Shown here in pieces: positions 1-8,736 of a stretch of DNA of 64,000 bases (positions are counted from its first letter, which is position 1; each line of letters starts with the position of its first letter). The notes under the pieces are model-generated. The model was not told where the DNA came from, did no database searches, and saw only the letters and a list, made by a program, of their open reading frames with translations. Position numbers and translations under genes: made by a program. The stretch comes from Candidatus Lustribacter sp. Lineage in GTDB: Bacteria; Vulcanimicrobiota; Vulcanimicrobiia; Vulcanimicrobiales; Vulcanimicrobiaceae. The DNA lies in assembly GCA_965277805.1 (NCBI GenBank), contig OZ255842.1, forward strand, positions 448,001 to 512,000. The letters run 5' to 3'.

Positions 1-1
1 G

Positions 2-559
2 ATGCTTAGCGGTGCACCACGCTCGTCTCGCGTCGATCCGCGGGTAACCCGGACGCGCAAGCTCATCCGGGACGCGCTGACGGCGCTTATCGGTGAAAAG
101 AGTTTCGAAGCAATCACCGTGCAGGACATCGCAGAACGCGCTACGATCAATCGCGCGACGTTCTATGCCCACTATACGGATAAGTTCGCTCTGCTTGATG
201 CTTTGGTTCGGGAAGACTTCACGGCCCGTCTAGCCGAGGGTGATCCGCTGAAGATTCGAAGCGTTCAGCCGATGTTGCTGGCGGTGGGCAGCAACGTCTT
301 CGCCTACGTCGCGTCGAAGAAGAAATGTCGAATCGACCGCGATTTTGAGTCGCAGGTTCAACGAACTATGGACACGGCGCTAACCGGCTTCTTGTCACCC
401 GCCTTCGGGCAACGCACGGCGATGATGATCGCGTCGGCGTTCGCCGCCGCCGCAATGAATTGGCGCCATCAGTCGCCGAAATCGCCGACGGAACCAATCG
501 TAGCGGATATCGTTCAGATTCTCGTGGACGGCGTGAAAACGCGTCGGCTCTCGGTTTAG
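2..559 (+). CDS. TetR/AcrR family transcriptional regulator
   Basis: N-terminal HTH 'DPRVTRTRKLIRDAL...FEAITVQDIAERATINRATFYAHYTDK'. Confidence 0.9.
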   Translation: MLSGAPRSSRVDPRVTRTRKLIRDALTALIGEKSFEAITVQDIAERATINRATFYAHYTDKFALLDALVREDFTARLAEGDPLKIRSVQPMLLAVGSNVFAYVASKKKCRIDRDFESQVQRTMDTALTGFLSPAFGQRTAMMIASAFAAAAMNWRHQSPKSPTEPIVADIVQILVDGVKTRRLSV

Positions 560-624
560 ATGCGGGCGGTCGCTGCTCTGAAGAAGAACGGTGAGTCAAT
601 CGCTGATAGCGGCGATTGGGGCGG

Positions 625-648
625 CCCTTCGACAAGCTCAGGGTGACA
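625..648. repeat. Half copy of TGACA-ended palindromic repeat family
   Basis: cccttcgacaagctcagggtgaca; near-identical to 10705-10727; end resembles gctcgggatgaca at 27115-27127. Confidence 0.7.
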
Positions 649-1856
649 TGAGAGAGAAGCCACGGAATCTGCTGTTGTTCTTCATTGCTTTTCTCACGGG
701 CGATGGGGCGGCGCAGATTCAGCAAGTTGCGGTCGCCTGGACGGTTTACAGCGTCCACCATCGTGCGTTCGATCTCGGTCTTGTCGGCATCGTGTCGTTT
801 CTGCCGTCGTTGCTGCTGGTGTTCGTCGCGGGTCAGGCCGCCGATCGCTACGACCGCAAGGGGATCATCATCGCGGCGGCCGTGGTCGAGGCGCTCACCT
901 CGCTCGTCCTCGCGGGCCTCGTGTTCGCTGGCGTCCGCGATCTCGCGATCATGCTGGGCGTGCTGTTCGTGCTCGGTATCGGGCGTGCGTTCGGCTCGCC
1001 GGCAGAGTCGACCGTGCTGATCAGTATGGTGCCGACCGAGGAATATCTCAGCGTTCAGGCGCGCTACAACTCGTTTCGCGAGGTGGTCGGGATGGCGGGC
1101 CCCGTCATCGGCGGCGCGCTAGTGGCGTTCTCCGACATCACCGCGTTCGTCGGCGCGGCCGTGCTCATGCTGATCTCGGTTGCCGCGTTTGCGTTCGTTC
1201 ACGTTCGCGCAGTCGTGCGCGAGCCGGGCAAGGAACTCGATCCGGGCAAGGCGCTCGACGGGCTGCGCTTCATCGCTTCGCGGCCGATCGTGCTCGGCGC
1301 GATCTCGCTCGATCTGTTCGCCGTGCTCTTCGGCGGCGCGAGCGCGCTGTTGCCGATTTTCGCCGATCAGGTGCTGCACGTCGGCGCCTTCGGCTTCGGC
1401 ATGCTGCGCGCTGCGGGCGGCATCGGCGCGTTCGCGATGGCGGTGTTACTCTCGCATCGTTCGCCCAGCCGGCACGTCGGCCGCACGCTGCTGCTCAACG
1501 TCGCCGCCTACGGCCTCGCGATGCTCGTCTTCGCGTACTCGCGCGACCTCTGGCTCTCGATCGCGGCGCTGGCCATTGGGGGCGCGTTCGACATGGTCAG
1601 CGTCGTCATTCGCCGGGGACTGATCGGCTTGAACACACCCGATGCGATGCGGGGCCGCGTCTATTCGGTCGAGGGCGTCTTCATCGGCGGCTCGTATCAA
1701 CTCGGCGCCTTCGAATCTGGGACGCTCGCGCAGTTCATCGGGCCGGTCGCGTCGGTCGCGGTCGGCGGGGCAGCGACGCTAGCGATCGTCGCTATCTGGG
1801 CCGGACTGTTCCCGGCATTGCGCCGCAGCGACCGGCTGGCCGACGAGTCATTGTAA
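648..1856 (+). CDS. MFS transporter
   Basis: Many TM segments and motif A-like 'GQAADRYDRK'; start is ATG 648 or GTG 591. Confidence 0.88.
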   Translation: MREKPRNLLLFFIAFLTGDGAAQIQQVAVAWTVYSVHHRAFDLGLVGIVSFLPSLLLVFVAGQAADRYDRKGIIIAAAVVEALTSLVLAGLVFAGVRDLAIMLGVLFVLGIGRAFGSPAESTVLISMVPTEEYLSVQARYNSFREVVGMAGPVIGGALVAFSDITAFVGAAVLMLISVAAFAFVHVRAVVREPGKELDPGKALDGLRFIASRPIVLGAISLDLFAVLFGGASALLPIFADQVLHVGAFGFGMLRAAGGIGAFAMAVLLSHRSPSRHVGRTLLLNVAAYGLAMLVFAYSRDLWLSIAALAIGGAFDMVSVVIRRGLIGLNTPDAMRGRVYSVEGVFIGGSYQLGAFESGTLAQFIGPVASVAVGGAATLAIVAIWAGLFPALRRSDRLADESL

Positions 1857-1944
1857 CGGCTCCGCGAAGCCTTAGCGAAGCTTCCGCATACCTACGACTA
1901 AAGTCGCGTTTTTGGCTGTTCCGGCGGCCGATGCTGTATCTATC

Positions 1945-2148
1945 ATGTATCTTCCGCCTCCCGACCGCGGCCGCGTCGACCGCGTCACGTGCCAACATTG
2001 CGGCCATCCCGTGTGGGATCACGAGGCCGGCGACGTGTGTACCGAGTGCGACCGCGGCGACGCCTCGAGCGCCTGCGGCCTCTTCTCGCTCTACGGCTTC
2101 GCGCAATTGCCTGCGACCGGAATCGAAGACCGCCCATTTCAACACTAG
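1945..2148 (+). CDS. Small Cys/His-rich putative zinc-binding protein (67 aa)
   Basis: CQHCGHPVWDH-x5-CTEC-x8-C; fills the gap between the MFS and diguanylate cyclase genes. Confidence 0.55.
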   Translation: MYLPPPDRGRVDRVTCQHCGHPVWDHEAGDVCTECDRGDASSACGLFSLYGFAQLPATGIEDRPFQH

Positions 2149-2213
2149 CGCCAATCTGTGAAGCGGAACGGAAAGGCGTTCCGCCAGATCGGCGAGCATA
2201 TTATCTTCGTCGC

Positions 2214-3776
2214 ATGGATGCCGTATCGGCTCTTCTTCGGGCCGCGATTCGCATCGCGGGTGCCTCTGCCGCGATCGTCGCTTACGACGACGATCACCGG
2301 CCCGTTGCCTTCACTGGGTGCAGTCAGGGCGCCGCTGCGCTAGCATTGCGCGACGGTAGCGGCGCGTACATCGACTGCCGTACGCCGGTCACCCCGATGA
2401 CGCTCGTGCTGCTCGAACCCGCGCGCACAACCGCCGGCGATGCCGCGTTAATGGCGCTGGCGAACGAACTCGGGCACGCGGTGCTCGAAAGCCAATCCGT
2501 GTTCGACGGTGACTTGGCTGCTCTCTCGGCGAGCATCGAAACGCTTGCCGATCCGGTGGCCGTCTTCCATCCGCCGGTACCGGGGGAAGAAGTCGCGCGC
2601 TTCGCGTGCGTCAACGGCGCCTTCGAGCGGCTCTTCGGCTACGCGTCGCGCGATCTCGCCGGGCTGACGGAAGATCTGCTCTACATGGAGTCGACCTCCA
2701 TGGAAAACGTGATGCACATGCGCGACCGGCTGGCCGCCGGCGATCCGGTGCGCGGGATCCTCGAGTTGCAAACGCGCGAGAGCCTGCCGCTCTGGATCGA
2801 GATGACCTCGCGCGTCGCTTACGATTCGACCGAGCATCCCACGTACTATGTGTCGACGCTGCGCGACATCTCGGCGCGCAAAGAGTTTGAGGCTGCCGTT
2901 GCGGCGGAGAAGCTGCGGCTGAGCGTCACGCTCAAGGCGATCGGCGACGCCGTGATCACGGCCTTACCGGACGGCCGCATCGATTTCATCAACGCCGCGG
3001 CGCAGCGGCTGCTCAACGTTGCCTTCTCCGAGGCCTACGGCATGCCGTTGCGCTCGATCGTCGACTTGCGTGACGAGCAGGACGCGCCGTGCGAGATCCA
3101 TCTCGATCCGTCCGGCGAGGTGCGGGGCGAAGGCTTGCTCTACGGGCCCGAACGCAACACGCAGATCGCGTTCGTCAGCTCGCCCATGTGCGGCGTGCTC
3201 AATCCGCGCGTGCCGTTCGGCTACGTGATCGTGCTGCGCGACGTCACCGCGCAAGTGCGCCTGACGCGGCGTCTCGCCTACGAGGCGAGTCACGATTCGC
3301 TCACGCGGCTGCCCAACCGCCGCCGCTTCGAAGAGATGATCGAGGGCGCGCTGGTCAGTGCACGGCACAGCACCGCCGTGCACACGGTTGCGTTCATCGA
3401 CCTCGATCGTTTCAAACAAGTCAACGACTCGTTCGGCCACGAGACCGGCGATCGATTGCTGCGCGACGTCGCACACCGCATGTCGCTCAACGTGCGCGGC
3501 AACGATATTCTCGCGCGCCTCGGCGGCGATGAGTTCGCGATGTTGCTGCACGAATGCACGCCCGCTCAGGCCGAACGCGTCGTCGAGAAGATTCGCCAAT
3601 CGGTGGAATCGCTGCCGGTAGTCTACAACGGCAAGACGATCGTTCTCAGCGCGAGCATTGGGCTAGCGGCGCTCGATCACCGGTCCGTCAGCGCGGCCGC
3701 GGTGATGGCCGAAGCCGACAAGGCTTGCTACGAAGCGAAGGCGCGCAGCCACGGAGCGCCCGCTCCGGAACCTTAA
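2214..3776 (+). CDS. PAS-PAS-GGDEF diguanylate cyclase
   Basis: Two PAS/PAC segments, 'HDSLTRLPNRR', 'IDLDRFKQVNDSFGH', intact GGDEF with upstream RxxD (RGND); TATCTT-6nt-ATG at 2202-2216. Confidence 0.92.
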   Translation: MDAVSALLRAAIRIAGASAAIVAYDDDHRPVAFTGCSQGAAALALRDGSGAYIDCRTPVTPMTLVLLEPARTTAGDAALMALANELGHAVLESQSVFDGDLAALSASIETLADPVAVFHPPVPGEEVARFACVNGAFERLFGYASRDLAGLTEDLLYMESTSMENVMHMRDRLAAGDPVRGILELQTRESLPLWIEMTSRVAYDSTEHPTYYVSTLRDISARKEFEAAVAAEKLRLSVTLKAIGDAVITALPDGRIDFINAAAQRLLNVAFSEAYGMPLRSIVDLRDEQDAPCEIHLDPSGEVRGEGLLYGPERNTQIAFVSSPMCGVLNPRVPFGYVIVLRDVTAQVRLTRRLAYEASHDSLTRLPNRRRFEEMIEGALVSARHSTAVHTVAFIDLDRFKQVNDSFGHETGDRLLRDVAHRMSLNVRGNDILARLGGDEFAMLLHECTPAQAERVVEKIRQSVESLPVVYNGKTIVLSASIGLAALDHRSVSAAAVMAEADKACYEAKARSHGAPAPEP

Positions 3777-3787
3777 ACATAGGCGGC

Positions 3788-3830
3788 TTGGGCGCAGCCC
3801 AAACGCAACGGATTCGACGAGGTCGAATCC
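3788..3830. terminator. Two tandem hairpins between convergent genes
   Basis: ttgggc-gca-gcccaa and ggattcgac-gag-gtcgaatcc; no clear U-tract. Confidence 0.4.
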
Positions 3831-4687
3831 TAGTGTCCGGCGCCGACGCTGGCGGCGAACAGAATTCCGAAAACGAGTTCGAGCCGGCCCGTGTCGATCA
3901 GTGCCGGCACGAGTGCGCGGCCGGTGGCACCACTGCGAACGGCCTGCACGGGCCGGATGGCGATCGCCGCGGCCACGAACGCGAGCAATGCCCATGGGCG
4001 CAAGACGACCACCGCTAACGTCGCCAGCGCGGCGGCGGCGAGCAGCGCGAGATAGAGCTGACGCGTGGGGCCGTCACCCATCTTGACGGCAAGCGTGCGT
4101 TTGCCGTTGGCCGCATCGCCGGGAATGTCGCGCAGGTTGTTGACGACGAGCAGCGCCGTCGTGAGCGAACCGACCGCAAGCGATGCGAGCACGGACACGA
4201 CCGTGAACGAGCCATGCTGCACGTACGTCGACCCGAGCGTGCCGACGAAGCCGAAGAAGATGAAACAGACGACTTCGCCCATGCCGTTGTAGCCGTACGG
4301 CTTCGCGCCGCCGGTGTAGAACCACGCCGCGGCGATTGCCGCGAAGCCGACGGCGATCAGCCAGGGATCGACTTGCAGCGAGAGCACGATGCCGGCGATG
4401 GTTGCGACGCCGAACGAGATCCACGCGGCGCGCAGCACCGTGGCCGGCGTTGCAAGCCCGGAGGCGACGAGACGTTGCGGTCCGGTGCGGTTCTTATCGG
4501 TTCCGCGAATCCCGTCGCTGTAGTCGTTGGCGAAATTGCAGCCGATCTGTATCGCGAGCGCGACGATCGCTGCGAGCGCAGCGCGGCCGAAATGATACGG
4601 CATGCCTGCCGCAGCCGTGCCGATCAACACCGGTACGATCGACGCGGGCAACGTCGGCAGGCGTGCTCCCGCGATCCATTTCTTCAT
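3830..4687 (-). CDS. menA: 1,4-dihydroxy-2-naphthoate polyprenyltransferase
   Basis: 'GARLPTLPA', 'NFANDYSDGIRGTD', 'VNNLRDIPGDAANGKRTLAV'. Confidence 0.93.
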   Translation of the reverse strand: MKKWIAGARLPTLPASIVPVLIGTAAAGMPYHFGRAALAAIVALAIQIGCNFANDYSDGIRGTDKNRTGPQRLVASGLATPATVLRAAWISFGVATIAGIVLSLQVDPWLIAVGFAAIAAAWFYTGGAKPYGYNGMGEVVCFIFFGFVGTLGSTYVQHGSFTVVSVLASLAVGSLTTALLVVNNLRDIPGDAANGKRTLAVKMGDGPTRQLYLALLAAAALATLAVVVLRPWALLAFVAAAIAIRPVQAVRSGATGRALVPALIDTGRLELVFGILFAASVGAGH

Positions 4688-4705
4688 CGTCTGCTGCGAA
4701 TCGGA

Positions 4706-5269
4706 TTAGGTCGAGGTCGGCGTGGGGCTCGGGCTCGGAATGTCCGTCGTGCCGGTCGTGAAGGCGCCCTCCGCGATTCCCGTCCCGCAGCTCGTGTTTG
4801 CGAGGTAGATGGTGAATGTCGTCGCCGTCGCCGAGAAGTTTCCGATCGATGCGGTTTCGTAGATCGGGTTGGTCACGATCGGCGGCGCTGACGGCGTGGG
4901 AAGCGGCGTCGGGGTCGAGCCGGCGGTCGAACCCGGTGCGGGTCCCGGGGTCGCTAGGAACGCGATCGAATTCGTGTTCTGCGTCGATCCGAACGAAGAC
5001 GTCGCGTACATATACCAATTCGTCGGCAGCGGGTTCGGCGAGACCGCGAACACGACGCCTTGCGTGTTCGGCGCCTGCGACTGCGACGGGATTGGGAAAA
5101 CCATCTGCACCGTCTCGCCGCTGGGCAGCACGCACTGGCCGGTCGCGCTCGGCAACGGGGTCGGAGTGCTGTTGGTGTTGGGGTTGTAGGCGTTGGTCCC
5201 CGAACAGCCCGCGGCGATCACGGAAGCGAGCGCAATGGCAATTAAAGGCAGGACGACGGTTTTTCTCAT
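4706..5269 (-). CDS. Hypothetical Pro/Thr-rich lipoprotein
   Basis: Signal peptide with lipobox-like 'IAAGC'; PTP repeats. Confidence 0.7.
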   Translation of the reverse strand: MRKTVVLPLIAIALASVIAAGCSGTNAYNPNTNSTPTPLPSATGQCVLPSGETVQMVFPIPSQSQAPNTQGVVFAVSPNPLPTNWYMYATSSFGSTQNTNSIAFLATPGPAPGSTAGSTPTPLPTPSAPPIVTNPIYETASIGNFSATATTFTIYLANTSCGTGIAEGAFTTGTTDIPSPSPTPTST

Positions 5270-5892
5270 GCTCGCCCGATGATACGCCGCGGGTCATGGA
5301 GTTCTCTGCGAGCTTGGTAGATGAGACCGAATCCAACGTCGCCGATCAGCTCGAATCGCGGGTGGGCGTCGATCGTGGCCCGCTCGAGCGGCGTATGGTA
5401 GAGGATGACGACCTCGCGGCGCCCGTCGGCCCCGAGCCGGTCCAGCATCGGCGCCAGCACCGCTGCGCTGAATGGGTTGTAGAGGTAGACGACCAGGTTG
5501 CCGCGCGGAAACCGGAACGTGGCCGCGTCGGCGCGCACGAGGCGAATGTCTTTGCACAGCAGCTCGCCGCGGTAGGCCGCGCGGTTGTCCTTCGCGATCT
5601 CGACCAGCGCCGGCGAGATCTCGAGGCCGACGATCTGGCGGTAGGGCCGCCGCGCCGCATGGAGCACGACACGCCCGAGGCCCGCGCCCACGTCGACCAG
5701 CGTGGCGCGTTCGGGCGCCAGCGGCACGGCATCGAGCAGACGGTCGAGGTCGGCGATCGGCGTCGGTTCGTAGTGGGTGGCGAACGCGAGGCTCGGCCCG
5801 ATCGCCTCGGGGTCGAGTTCGCCGAGGAAAATCAGCGCCTCGGTCGTGATCCCGTGCTCGGCATCAAAACGTTGCCCCGCGCGGCGGCTCAG
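5266..5892 (-). CDS. Class I SAM-dependent methyltransferase (probable CTG start)
   Basis: Motif I 'LVDVGAGLGR', 'VYLYNPF'; frame stays open and protein-like (FDAEHGITT...HYEPTP) up to a CTG overlapping the upstream TGA. Confidence 0.8.
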   Translation of the reverse strand: MSRRAGQRFDAEHGITTEALIFLGELDPEAIGPSLAFATHYEPTPIADLDRLLDAVPLAPERATLVDVGAGLGRVVLHAARRPYRQIVGLEISPALVEIAKDNRAAYRGELLCKDIRLVRADAATFRFPRGNLVVYLYNPFSAAVLAPMLDRLGADGRREVVILYHTPLERATIDAHPRFELIGDVGFGLIYQARRELHDPRRIIGRA

Positions 5893-6875
5893 TGGACGAG
5901 CGCGCTCGCGAGCGTCAGTTCCACGCCGTCGGCCGCAGCCCGCGGTGCGACGCTGCGTACGGCGGCCAGCGTCGCGGCGCGCGGATGCCCAATCGCGATC
6001 GCGCTGCCGGTGTTGCGCGCGTCGGAGATCGCTTCGAGCAAACGCGCTTCTACCGCCGGCTCGCTGTCGACGTTGTCGAGAAAGACGCTGCGGCTCGCAG
6101 TCAACACGCCGCGTTCGTGCGCCACCGATTGGCCGACGCTGGCGCTGCTGGTGCGTGAATCGATGAAGTAGCGCCCGTCTTGCGCCAACACGTCGGCGAT
6201 GTCGCCCATCACGCGCGCATCCTGCGTTGCAAGGCTGCCCTCATGATTGTTCACGCCGCGCGCTTGCGGTAATTCGGCTAGATCGCCGGCGACCTCGCTG
6301 CGGATCGCCGCGTCCGACATCGTGGTGGTGATCGTTCCCGGGCCCGGATAGCGGCCGGAGATCGTTTGCATCGGAAGATGCAGCATCACGCCCTGACCGG
6401 CGGCGCTCGCATCGCGCGCGATCGCGCTGCCGAAGCGGACGTGCGGCAACACCGAGAGCGTCACGGGAAACGGGAGTGCGACGAAGGCTCGCTCGGTGTC
6501 CGGCCACTGACCGCAGTCATCGATGATGATCGCGAGCCGCGCGCCGCTCTTGCCCGCCGCGTGGGTCGCGATGGGAGCGGCCGTTGCAAGTAGAGCGACC
6601 GGCGACGGCGTGCCCGGCACCGGCGTGCCGGCGTACTTCGGCTCCTCGCTCGCCGCTTCGGTCGTTGTCGCGACGGGCGGCGGCGCAGTTGCGGCCGGAA
6701 TGGCCGGAGCAGCCGGAGCGGCCGGCGGCGGGGTTGCTCGCGCGGTTTGCGGCGTCCCGTCGGGAGCCCACAACCAGATCGCTGCGGCGATCGCGACGCA
6801 CCCGAACCCGAGCAGAAAGAGCAGTAAGAAGGCCGGCGACCGTTTGCGACGTCGCGATTTTCTCCGGGTGGGCAC
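5889..6875 (-). CDS. Divergent polysaccharide deacetylase family protein, membrane anchored
   Basis: 'LAIIIDDCG', 'MLHLPMQ', 'GVNNHEGS', 'FIDSRT', 'AIAIGHP'; N-terminal TM and Pro/Ala linker. Confidence 0.88.
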   Translation of the reverse strand: MPTRRKSRRRKRSPAFLLLFLLGFGCVAIAAAIWLWAPDGTPQTARATPPPAAPAAPAIPAATAPPPVATTTEAASEEPKYAGTPVPGTPSPVALLATAAPIATHAAGKSGARLAIIIDDCGQWPDTERAFVALPFPVTLSVLPHVRFGSAIARDASAAGQGVMLHLPMQTISGRYPGPGTITTTMSDAAIRSEVAGDLAELPQARGVNNHEGSLATQDARVMGDIADVLAQDGRYFIDSRTSSASVGQSVAHERGVLTASRSVFLDNVDSEPAVEARLLEAISDARNTGSAIAIGHPRAATLAAVRSVAPRAAADGVELTLASALVH

Positions 6876-6915
6876 GTTGCTAGTCTTTCGCCACCGGTTG
6901 CGAAGAGTATTCCTC

Positions 6916-8736
6916 ATGGCAACCTATCGTGCTCCGCTGCGCGACATGGCGTTCGTCTTGCGCGAACTCGCCGGCATCGACGAAATTGCGACGTTTCCGG
7001 GTTTTGAAGAAGCCGCCGGCGTGCTCGATCCGGTGCTCGCCGAGGCCGCCACCTTTGCAGCGGAAGTGCTGGATCCGCTCAACGCATCGGGCGATCGCGC
7101 CGGCTGCACGTGGAACGATGGCGCGGTCACGACGCCGCCCGGATTCAAAGCCGCCTACCAGCAGTTCGCACAGGCCGGCTGGATCGGATTGCCGGTTGCT
7201 GCCGAGCACGGCGGACAAGGCTTACCGCAGGTGCTGCTCGGCGCGGTGCTCGAGATGTGGAACGGCGCGAACGTCGGCTTCGCCAACGGTCCGCTGCTCA
7301 ATCAAGGCGCGATCGAGGCGATCGAACTCGTCGGGAGCGCGGAGCAGAAACAGACCTACATCCCGCGGCTCGTCTCGGGCGAGTGGATGGGCACGATGTG
7401 CCTCACCGAAGCGCAAGCCGGTTCCGATTTGGCCGCGGTGCGCACGAAAGCCGTGCCCAACGGCGACCACTACGCGATTAGCGGGCAGAAGATTTTCATC
7501 ACGTTCGGCGAGCACGACCTCACACCGAACATCATGCACCTCGTGCTCGCGCGTTTGCCCGACGCGCCCGAGGGCACGAAGGGCATCTCGATGTTCATCG
7601 TGCCGAAGATGCTGATCGACGCCGGCGGCACGCTCGGCGAACGCAACGACGTCCACTGCGCGGGCATCGAGCACAAGCTCGGCCTCAACGCGAACCCTAC
7701 GTGCACGCTGAACTATGGTGAGAAGACCGGCGGCGCAACCGGATATCTGCTCGGCGAACCCAATCGCGGCCTCGAGTACATGTTCATCATGATGAACGTG
7801 GCGCGCTTCGCGGTCGGGGTGCAGGCGATCGGGATCGCCGACCGCGCGTATCAGAGCGCGTTGACATACGCCAAGGAACGCATCCAAAGCCGCGACGCAG
7901 CGGCGCGCACGCCGGAGCCCGTCGCGATCATCCGTCATCCCGACGTGCGGCGCATGCTGATGTCGATGAAGGCGCAGATCGAAGCGATGCGCGCGCTGGC
8001 ATATGTCACCGCCGGCGCGCTCGATACGGCGCACAAGTCACCCGACGAGGCGACGCGCAAACGGTGCAAGGCGTTTGCCGAGTTCATGATTCCGATCGTC
8101 AAGGGCTGGTGCAGCGAAACGGCGACCGAACTGTGCTCGACGGCCGTGCAGGTCTTCGGCGGTATGGGCTACATCGAAGAGACCGGCATCGCGCAGCAGT
8201 ACCGCGACATCAAGATCGCCTCGATCTACGAGGGCACGACCGGCATTCAAGCCCTCGACCTCGTCGGCCGTAAGCTGATCCGCGACATGGGCACGACCGC
8301 GACCAAGATCGTCAAAGAGATCGCTGCGTTCACGCAAACGCTCGAGGGCGATGACCCCGACATCATCGCGATCAAGGCCGAACTCGAGAAAGCGGTCAAA
8401 GCCCTCGGCGATGCGTCGAGCCGGCTCGGCATGAACGCGATGAGCGACCTCAACCTCGCGTTCGCCGCGTCGGTGCCGTACTTGAAACTCTGGGGCATCG
8501 TCGCGGGCGGCTGGCAGATGGCACGCGCCGCACAGATCGCGGCCGCGCACCTCGCCGCGGGCGATTCCGAAGCGGAGTTCTATCGCGCCAAGCTGACGAC
8601 CGCGCGTTTCTACGCGGATCACGTGCTGAGTCAAGCCGGCTGGCTGCAACATCAGGTCGTCTACGGCGCGGCATCCGTCATGCGCCTCACCGACGAAGGC
8701 TACGATCTGGATCGCCGCGCGCTCGCGCAACGATGA
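6916..8736 (+). CDS. Acyl-CoA dehydrogenase
   Basis: 'MCLTEAQAGSDL', 'GQKIFIT', 'QVFGGMGYIEE', 'IYEGTTGIQALDL'. Confidence 0.95.
   Translation: MATYRAPLRDMAFVLRELAGIDEIATFPGFEEAAGVLDPVLAEAATFAAEVLDPLNASGDRAGCTWNDGAVTTPPGFKAAYQQFAQAGWIGLPVAAEHGGQGLPQVLLGAVLEMWNGANVGFANGPLLNQGAIEAIELVGSAEQKQTYIPRLVSGEWMGTMCLTEAQAGSDLAAVRTKAVPNGDHYAISGQKIFITFGEHDLTPNIMHLVLARLPDAPEGTKGISMFIVPKMLIDAGGTLGERNDVHCAGIEHKLGLNANPTCTLNYGEKTGGATGYLLGEPNRGLEYMFIMMNVARFAVGVQAIGIADRAYQSALTYAKERIQSRDAAARTPEPVAIIRHPDVRRMLMSMKAQIEAMRALAYVTAGALDTAHKSPDEATRKRCKAFAEFMIPIVKGWCSETATELCSTAVQVFGGMGYIEETGIAQQYRDIKIASIYEGTTGIQALDLVGRKLIRDMGTTATKIVKEIAAFTQTLEGDDPDIIAIKAELEKAVKALGDASSRLGMNAMSDLNLAFAASVPYLKLWGIVAGGWQMARAAQIAAAHLAAGDSEAEFYRAKLTTARFYADHVLSQAGWLQHQVVYGAASVMRLTDEGYDLDRRALAQR

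Noticed and set aside
1876-1888. 13-mer gcgaagcttccgc also present at 22186-22198
   Set aside because: Two short GC-rich matches with no shared flanks
6523-6915. Long N-terminal extensions in the ORF track (acyl-CoA dehydrogenase, ilvC, ilvB, leuD, UbiD, FAH and others)
   Set aside because: They overlap neighbouring real genes; starts were reassigned using RBS, coupling and motif position
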